Virus record (IMG/VR): IMGVR_UViG_3300027867_000004
DNA: 20,000 bases
From: an uncultured virus (IMG/VR IMGVR_UViG_3300027867_000004)
Lineage: Duplodnaviria > Heunggongvirae > Uroviricota > Caudoviricetes
Strand: one strand, 5' to 3'
The position numbers were made by a program, and so were the translations under genes. Below, one piece after another: positions 7,704-14,168 of this stretch; the stretch's first letter is position 1; the number at the start of each line of letters is the position of its first letter. Under the pieces are notes generated by a model. It saw only the letters and a program-made list of their open reading frames with translations. It did not search any database and was not told the DNA's origin.

Positions 7704-8116
7704 AACTTCCAATCCAGGTAAACGGTAAAACCGTAGAAATTGAACTCACCAGTGATCAGATCGATCTGGTGAAGAAAGCTAGTCAGAAAATTACTGACCA
7801 GATTAAAACTGAACAGGATGTTTACCAGGCAGCAGGCCTTACTAAATCTGCTTGGGAAAAGATGCACGTTTTTGATCAGATTGCTTTAATCTGTAACATT
7901 TTAAATGAGGGTTGGAAAGCTGACTGGAGTGATACCAGTCAATATAAATACGAACCTTACTTTAAATGGAACGGTTCTGCTTTTGTGTTCGACGACTTCC
8001 TCTGCTGGAGCCAGTCTGCGAGCGTTGGCTCGCGGCTTTGCTTTAAAAATAGTGAACTGGCCACTTATGCAGGAAAGACTTTCATCCATCTATATAATAA
8101 ATTATTGAGTTTGTAA
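7700..8116 (+). CDS. Putative DGR target protein, paralogue 3
   Basis: 138 aa; contains VR3 (FVFDDFLCWSQSASVGSRLC); N-terminus paralogous to paralogue 2. Confidence 0.8.
   Translation: MKLPIQVNGKTVEIELTSDQIDLVKKASQKITDQIKTEQDVYQAAGLTKSAWEKMHVFDQIALICNILNEGWKADWSDTSQYKYEPYFKWNGSAFVFDDFLCWSQSASVGSRLCFKNSELATYAGKTFIHLYNKLLSL
7970..8047 (+). repeat. DGR-like variable region VR3
   Basis: aac ggt tct gct ttt gtg ttc gac gac ttc ctc tgc tgg agc cag tct gcg agc gtt ggc tcg cgg ctt tgc ttt aaa. Confidence 0.8.
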
Positions 8117-8129
8117 TTTCACCGGCGCA

Positions 8130-8597
8130 ATGGGTAAGAAAAAAGGTAAGCAGCATCTTGAATCAAAAACCAAGCTGTTTGAACGCTGGGCATCAATGCA
8201 TTCCAGGTGTAAGCCAAACTGGCACAGGCATGAATCTTATTTTGATAAGGGTGTTACTGTTTGCCCTGAATGGAGCTCTTTTGTAGAGTTTAAAAAATGG
8301 GCTTTATCAAATGGCTTTGATCCGTCATTACAGCTTGACCGAAGGGATAATAACAAAGGTTATTCGCCTGATAATTGTAGGTGGATAACCCGTGGTGAGA
8401 ATAACCTAAACCGATCCAATACACTGTTTGTAGATTACGAAGGTGAAAGAATAGCATTAGCTTTATTGAGTCAGAAACTAGGATGGAACAAAAATACCTA
8501 TAATTTAGTCAGGTATAGAATTTCGCGCGGATGGCCCTTAGAGAATGCTTTGAACACTAAAGTTAGTTTTAAGGGTCAAAAGCCTGTTATTGTGTAA
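8130..8597 (+). CDS. Free-standing HNH-type phage (homing) endonuclease
   Basis: WASMHSRC…GVTVCPEW…LDRRDNNKGYSPDNCRWIT…N..N; same family as 11599-12222. Confidence 0.8.
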   Translation: MGKKKGKQHLESKTKLFERWASMHSRCKPNWHRHESYFDKGVTVCPEWSSFVEFKKWALSNGFDPSLQLDRRDNNKGYSPDNCRWITRGENNLNRSNTLFVDYEGERIALALLSQKLGWNKNTYNLVRYRISRGWPLENALNTKVSFKGQKPVIV

Positions 8598-8608
8598 ATT
8601 TAAAAAAT

Positions 8609-8758
8609 ATGAAAAGAACAGCAACCCACCCGCCGGTCGTACCCAAGGGGTACACGGGTCGTGATTTTAATAACTGGCAGCGTTATCTCCAGGGAGAGAT
8701 AAGCCTGGTCTACATGGACCGGAAACAAATGAAGGTATTAGAACAACTTGTGAAATGA
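8609..8758 (+). CDS. Small hypothetical protein (49 aa, MKRTATHPPVVPKGYTGRDFNNWQRYL…)
   Basis: Translated by hand; ATGA overlap with 8755. Confidence 0.6.
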   Translation: MKRTATHPPVVPKGYTGRDFNNWQRYLQGEISLVYMDRKQMKVLEQLVK

Positions 8759-8970
8759 AACTTGTCATAGAAGAACCACTTCAGGAAAGCATTTTCTGTT
8801 ATAACCTTAGATTTGATCATCAGTACGGTTCTGCCCGGGATTGGATCCAGTTTCGCAGGGCTAATCTAAAAATCACTACTGTTTTATGGTTCACACTGAG
8901 TCCCGTTTATTGGGTGGAATGTGAAACGTTATATAATCCGAGATGTCACGCAATGATAATTTTGAATTAA
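8755..8970 (+). CDS. Hypothetical protein
   Basis: 71 aa, tightly packed in the operon. Confidence 0.55.
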   Translation: MKLVIEEPLQESIFCYNLRFDHQYGSARDWIQFRRANLKITTVLWFTLSPVYWVECETLYNPRCHAMIILN

Positions 8971-8971
8971 A

Positions 8972-9256
8972 ATGGCTGAAGCGTATATTGAGAGCAGGCT
9001 TAGAGACGCTGTAAAGCGATTAGGAGGATTAGCCATAAAACTATACGCCTATTCCTTTACAGGGCTTCCTGACAGGCTTATTTTAATGCCTGGTGGCAAA
9101 ATAGCTTTCGTAGAGACTAAATTTTCTGAAAAGAAACCCAGGCCAAGGCAATTAGCGGTTCACAGGCAGCTGGAAAAGTTGGGGTTCAGGGTGTTTGTTG
9201 TACGGACGAATGAAGATTTAAAATTATTTATAGATGAATGTATTAAGCCTTTTTGA
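8972..9256 (+). CDS. VRR-NUC domain nuclease (Holliday-junction resolvase-like)
   Basis: EAYIE…GLPDRLILMPGGKIAFVETK…RPRQ…LEKLGFRV PD-(D/E)xK motif. Confidence 0.92.
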   Translation: MAEAYIESRLRDAVKRLGGLAIKLYAYSFTGLPDRLILMPGGKIAFVETKFSEKKPRPRQLAVHRQLEKLGFRVFVVRTNEDLKLFIDECIKPF

Positions 9257-10223
9257 TGGATGTAGTTGCGCAATGATTGCACTGGATCGTGCAGGAATAC
9301 CTGTTGAGCAATATTTTGCCAGTGAAATCGATAAATATGCCATCCAGGTAAGTAAAGCCAATTGGCCGGATATTATTCATATCGGGGATGTCACCAAGGT
9401 AAGCTACTTTGAAGGTGTTCTGTATACCGAGTTCGGGCAGTATAAGGTTAGTTTTGCGGGAGGAATGATCTGCGGGGGCAGCCCGTGCCAGGGTTTTTCT
9501 TTTGCCGGCAAACAACTTAACTTCGAAGATCCGCGCAGCAAGCTGTTCTTTGAGTTTGTCCGTATCTACGAAGAGATCAAACTGGAGCATCCGGACGTAA
9601 AAGTATTTCTGGAAAACGTGATGATGAAGAAAGAATATCAGGCAGTGATCAGTAAAGCTTTGGGCATGGAATGCATAATGATAAATTCAGCATTAGTTTC
9701 TGCACAGAACAGAAAACGACTGTATTGGACCAATATTCCGTTTCAAGGCCAACCTACTGATCGGGGTATTTTGTTGAAAGATATTTTGATAGATGCAAGA
9801 GCGGTTTTAAGATGGCAAAATAAAAAACAAGGGGCGGTAATTGATTTTGAAAAGTCAGCTACTTTATGTGCCTCAGATAAAACTGGTTTATCAAAAATTC
9901 AATTCGTTATCAGAAATAAATTTTTCGATACAGAACAAAAAATCAAAAATTTTAGCCACAACCAATACGCTACCACAAATAACGGTAGAATAAGTTCATT
10001 GTCCTCTATAAAAGATAATGGGATTATTTGCAATGGATTATTCGATACAGGAGAACATATTAATCAATTAACAATGATCGAATCGGAACGGTTACAAGGC
10101 GTTCCAGATGATTATTCTAATTGTGTAAGTAAATCACAACGTTACAGAATGCTCGGAAATGGATGGAACGTGGACACTATTGTTCATTTGTTTGAACCTT
10201 TATTATATGGTGATATCTTATGA
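9234..10223 (+). CDS. DNA cytosine-C5 methyltransferase (orphan)
   Basis: Motif I LSLFDG, SEID, GDV, catalytic GGSPCQGFS, ENV, QNRKRLYW and motif X LGNGW. Confidence 0.93.
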   Translation: MNVLSLFDGCSCAMIALDRAGIPVEQYFASEIDKYAIQVSKANWPDIIHIGDVTKVSYFEGVLYTEFGQYKVSFAGGMICGGSPCQGFSFAGKQLNFEDPRSKLFFEFVRIYEEIKLEHPDVKVFLENVMMKKEYQAVISKALGMECIMINSALVSAQNRKRLYWTNIPFQGQPTDRGILLKDILIDARAVLRWQNKKQGAVIDFEKSATLCASDKTGLSKIQFVIRNKFFDTEQKIKNFSHNQYATTNNGRISSLSSIKDNGIICNGLFDTGEHINQLTMIESERLQGVPDDYSNCVSKSQRYRMLGNGWNVDTIVHLFEPLLYGDIL

Positions 10224-11608
10224 AATATTCGCCTCATCAATATCAGGTCCGGGGTACGGCCCATATTCTCGACAATGATGTCCAGGATACACGCTCCAGA
10301 GGATGCTTCTTTACTGTAGGAACAGGTAAGTCAGTGATGTCATTGACGGCTATTGTAGAGTTGCTCTCGAACATGGAGATAAACAAACCGCTCATTATCG
10401 GGCCGTCTAGGGTTGTCTCGCACACGTGGCCAAAAGAAATTAAAAAATGGGATCATACTAATTATCTGACCATTTCTGTCATTCAGCACACTTCGAATCG
10501 AGCGTCAGAACAGCAGCGCATAAAAGCTTTAAATACTTCTGCAGATATTTATGCGGTGAGCAGGGACAACATTGCATGGCTTGTGCGTTATTGTGCCAAG
10601 ACGTTTAAACGTTGGCCGTTTGATCTGCTGATTATAGATGAATTAAGCAATTATCGTAACCCGTCAACCCAACGTTTTAAAGCTATTAGAAAAATTTTAC
10701 CTTATTGCCGGCAGGTGATAGGTCTTACAGGAACTCCAGCTCCAAGCCAATTACTAGGACTATGGAGTCAGGTTTTTTTACTTGATAAAGGGAAACGCCT
10801 TGGGACTACATACGGGGCTTACAAGGATAAGTACTTTATGCCAGGTGCACGTTCAGGGCATATCGTGTACAGTTACATTTTAAAGAAAGGCGCTGAGCAG
10901 GAAATATATGATGCCATAAAGGACATCTGTATGTCCATGTCCGTTGAGGATTACTTATCGTTACCTGAACGAACCGATATTTATGAGGAAATTGAATTAG
11001 AAGATTTTGACAGGTATTTAGAATTTAAGAAAACAGAAGTTTTAAAATTTGCTGACGGACAAGAATTAACCCCTGTCAACGCTGCAGGACTTTATAATTT
11101 GCTTTTACAGTACTCTAATGGAGCTATCTACCGACACAGGGAAGATGGAAGCAGGTATTATGAAGTGATAAATGGTAGCAAGCTCGACGCTATTTGCTCT
11201 GATGTAGAAGAATTGCAGGGTGAGCCCGTACTAATCGTTTTTCAGTTCATCTCAGATTATGAGCGCCTTCAAAAAGCTATTCCGCATTTACGAAAAATTT
11301 CTACTGATCAGGACATTGATGACTGGAATAATAAAAAAATCTCTGTAGCATGTGCACAGATCAATTCTATAGCTTACGGCATCAATATGCAAGATGGTGG
11401 TCATCATCTTTTTTGGTACTCCCTGCCATGGGATTTAGAGCTATACATTCAGTTCCTGGGCCGTTTGCACAGGCAGGGGCAGCTTAAACATGTGATCAAT
11501 AAGCATTATGTAATTAAGGGGGGGATTGAGGAATTGATCCGGGAACGATTGGCTGGCAAATATAATACGCAACAGAAATTAATGGAGGCACTTAAACGTT
11601 ATTTATAA
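10220..11608 (+). CDS. SNF2-like phage helicase
   Basis: VGTGKS Walker A, IIDELS, LTGTP, GINMQ and QFLGRLHRQGQ (motif VI). Confidence 0.92.
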   Translation: MKYSPHQYQVRGTAHILDNDVQDTRSRGCFFTVGTGKSVMSLTAIVELLSNMEINKPLIIGPSRVVSHTWPKEIKKWDHTNYLTISVIQHTSNRASEQQRIKALNTSADIYAVSRDNIAWLVRYCAKTFKRWPFDLLIIDELSNYRNPSTQRFKAIRKILPYCRQVIGLTGTPAPSQLLGLWSQVFLLDKGKRLGTTYGAYKDKYFMPGARSGHIVYSYILKKGAEQEIYDAIKDICMSMSVEDYLSLPERTDIYEEIELEDFDRYLEFKKTEVLKFADGQELTPVNAAGLYNLLLQYSNGAIYRHREDGSRYYEVINGSKLDAICSDVEELQGEPVLIVFQFISDYERLQKAIPHLRKISTDQDIDDWNNKKISVACAQINSIAYGINMQDGGHHLFWYSLPWDLELYIQFLGRLHRQGQLKHVINKHYVIKGGIEELIRERLAGKYNTQQKLMEALKRYL

Positions 11609-12222
11609 TACCTTCTTATCCTTTTACTGGATATTAAATCTGTGTAATCCATATGGGGGTATTTAGTTATTCTGTAGCGTATAATTTCTCTATGCAGGCC
11701 AGATATTTCAGCGATTTGGGAAAGTGTTAATTTGCCATTAGGTGTATTAATAAAAACATTTCTTGCGGTATTTCTGCTTTGTTCCTTACGGGTAGACCAT
11801 TTACAATTTTCAGGAGTATAGTTACCGTTACTATCTATTCTATCAATAGTTAATTCAGGAGAATAAGTTGAAAACATATCTTCTTTAAAATTTAGATAAC
11901 TTTCCCATCTTTCACATAGAGAAATTCCGCGACCGCCGTACCGATCATAATGAGCAGCGGTTGGATTATTGCATCTAAGTTTCATACCTGACCAAATTTT
12001 ATAAAATCTGGTTTTATATTCACCGTGTATTTTTCTACAATTTAGAAATAAACAGCCACAACTTTTTGTTCTTCCCGATGAAATACTTACCCCTTTTATT
12101 GTAAATTCTTTTCCACAATAGCAGCTACACAGCCAATGAGATTCTTTTCCGTTTCGTGATTCAACTTCATAAAGTACGACAACGCCATTAAAAACTTTTC
12201 CTTTTAAATCTAACTTTTTCAT
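11599..12222 (-). CDS. Free-standing HNH-type homing endonuclease (207 aa from the preferred start MKKLDLKGKVF)
   Basis: WLCSCYCG…TKSCGC, IWSGMKLRC, YGGRGI and TIDRIDSNGNYTPENCKW. The ATG at 12222 is preferred to 12255, which lies inside a structured leader. Confidence 0.85.
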   Translation of the reverse strand: MKKLDLKGKVFNGVVVLYEVESRNGKESHWLCSCYCGKEFTIKGVSISSGRTKSCGCLFLNCRKIHGEYKTRFYKIWSGMKLRCNNPTAAHYDRYGGRGISLCERWESYLNFKEDMFSTYSPELTIDRIDSNGNYTPENCKWSTRKEQSRNTARNVFINTPNGKLTLSQIAEISGLHREIIRYRITKYPHMDYTDLISSKRIRRYYK

Positions 12223-12326
12223 AAAACAAAGAACCCCGATCAAAATCAACGCCATCTCACTAACGTATCATCCAAACGAGGTCTTTTTATGTTTTAAGTT
12301 CTGTTAAGTGAGACGAGAACAATAAT

Positions 12327-12334
12327 CAAATATA
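12327..12334 (-). promoter_or_regulatory. Bacteroidota-type -7 promoter box for the HNH gene
   Basis: TATATTTG on the minus strand (TAnnTTTG), immediately after the stop of the pol fragment. Confidence 0.5.
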
Positions 12335-13243
12335 CTATTTTTTGTAATATTTTCCAACAAATCCGTCGGCTCGCACTCCCCAGGTTTTTGCCCACAGAGG
12401 TACGTCCAGCATGAGTTCTTTAATCCTTTCAAACGATACGCTGCCTTTAGGCACCTCAGCCACTATTTCGTCATGAACCGAAAGCACAATAGCATATCCG
12501 GCCTTCTCAATGTTAATTATTGCATGCATCAATAGATCCCGGCAAGTGGCCTGAACAAAGTTCTCCACCCATTTGCCCGAGTAACTTTTGATAGGCTCCC
12601 ATTTCTTGCTGGTCTGGTTCTGGCCCCAATAGCAAATGCTTTCACGTATGGTCGGCCTTGATCCGTCATCTTTCAACCCCAAGCGCTTCAGGTGCCAGTA
12701 GTACTCTTCCATGTTGTGCTTTTTTGCCTCGCCCACTTCTACGTGCTCTATTCTGGTGGTGTATTCCAGCTTTTCCTCATCAAATGTTTTAACAGGAATA
12801 GATGCCACATAAAACTTTCTAAAGTGTGGTTTTTGATAAACCAAGCAGCGCCCCGAGGGCAATTTCATCAATAAGTGCCCGTTTTTCATACCGAACATGA
12901 TTCCGTGTGCGACCGGCGTACTTTGTCCCGTTTTTAAAGTATTTTTTGCTGCGGCATCCGTTTCCCACCACAGTTTTACTATATTCGGATTCGCTTCCCG
13001 CCATGTTTTTATAAGTCCGGGTATCTCTTTTGAAGGAATGCGTTTGGCAGGATCTTCAATGGTGGCATTATTACGTTCCATTGCGCCGACTCCACCTGAA
13101 TATCCGCAGAGAAGTTCCGCTATTTTAGATTTTTGACGCTGGTCTTTTGTAATCTTATCAATAGGTGTGTGGAACATGATCGATCCGGAGGCTTTATAGA
13201 TGTCACCGCCCGTTCTGAAAAACTCAATCCGCCAGTGTTCATC
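12335..13243 (-). pseudogene. 5'-truncated second copy of the family-A DNA polymerase C-terminus
   Basis: Begins DEHWRIEFFRTGGDIYKASGSIMFH (GEQWRIDFFKTGGDIYKASGSVMFH in the full gene). Has motif B RQKSKIAELLCGY and motif C SVHDE but lacks the exonuclease and motif A. In-frame TGA just upstream (13256-13258). Confidence 0.88.
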
Positions 13244-13244
13244 C

Positions 13245-13391
13245 CGGATCGACCGTCAGGGAAAAATCAAACCAACTATTGTAAAGTACTTCGTGGCCAA
13301 GAATAGTATTGAACAGGTGGTAATTGAGCGATTGGCAGGGAAGTACGATACGCAGGAAAAACTTATGTTGGCGCTCAAAAGGTATTTATAA
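13245..13391 (+). pseudogene. 5'-truncated second copy of the SNF2 helicase C-terminus
   Basis: RIDRQGKIKPTIVKYFVAKNSIEQVVIERLAGKYDTQEKLMLALKRYL* aligns with RLHRQGQLKHVINKHYVIKGGIEELIRERLAGKYNTQQKLMEALKRYL*. Confidence 0.88.
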
Positions 13392-14168
13392 AATATCAGT
13401 TATATCCTGAATTTTTGCAATATAAGCATTTGCATCATCTACGTATTCCTGACTAATATCACAACCTAAAAATCTTCTTCCAACACGTTTAGCCTCGGCA
13501 CAGGTAGTTCCGGATCCCGAGAACGGGTCAAAAACAAGGTCCCCAATATTTGACCAGGTGGTAATATGATCAGCAGCTAATTGTTCCGGAAATATTGCTG
13601 GATGTGTTTTTCCGTTTCGGACTAATGAACCTGTATTATATTCAAAAATATTTCCATGATTTTTATAATCATTAATACGGTGCTTTTTATTTTTCTTTTG
13701 TAGATGATCAGTTCCATTATAAAAACTGGGATTCCCTCTATAAAAAGTACCTGCGTATTTACACGGTAATCTTAGAGGATTAAAAGTTTTTAATTTTCCT
13801 TTTACAAAAACAAACATATATTCAAATTCTTGCTCATACCGATTATGATTGGTTGGTATGAAATTTAGCTTTCTATAAATCATGGTATCATGTAGTTTAA
13901 AACCACAATTTATAAAGTATAACGCTTGTCTAAAGGAGCTACCGCTCTCAGAACCATTTACTGTTTGATCACCGACTACCCACACTAACACACCCCCCCC
14001 CGTATTAGTTATTCTGAATAAATTTTTTGCAGTACGTTCAAAGTCAAATATAAAGCCATTATATTTGCGTTGGTTATCATAAGGTGGTGAAGTAATTGTT
14101 AGATCAATACAGCTGTCATTCAGGCCGGCCATAAAGTCATTACATTCTGAGCAAATTATTTTATTCAT
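13386..14168 (-). CDS. DNA amino-methyltransferase, beta class (N4-C/N6-A)
   Basis: Catalytic TSPPY N-terminal, HPAIFP, and SAM-binding DPFSGSGTT C-terminal. Confidence 0.93.
   Translation of the reverse strand: MNKIICSECNDFMAGLNDSCIDLTITSPPYDNQRKYNGFIFDFERTAKNLFRITNTGGGVLVWVVGDQTVNGSESGSSFRQALYFINCGFKLHDTMIYRKLNFIPTNHNRYEQEFEYMFVFVKGKLKTFNPLRLPCKYAGTFYRGNPSFYNGTDHLQKKNKKHRINDYKNHGNIFEYNTGSLVRNGKTHPAIFPEQLAADHITTWSNIGDLVFDPFSGSGTTCAEAKRVGRRFLGCDISQEYVDDANAYIAKIQDITDIL

Noticed and set aside
7495..8108. Alternative-frame ORFs 7495-7677 and 7905-8108 that resemble each other
   Set aside because: The similarity only reflects the shared VR DNA read in another frame
11599..13243. Group I intron or intein splitting the polymerase
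   Set aside because: The full pol is complete with motifs A, B and C; the fragment duplicates rather than continues it, and the HNH lies after the fragment's stop
13200..13391. 63-aa ORF as a real gene
   Set aside because: Its first 15 codons are the antisense strand of the pol fragment, fused by chance to the helicase tail
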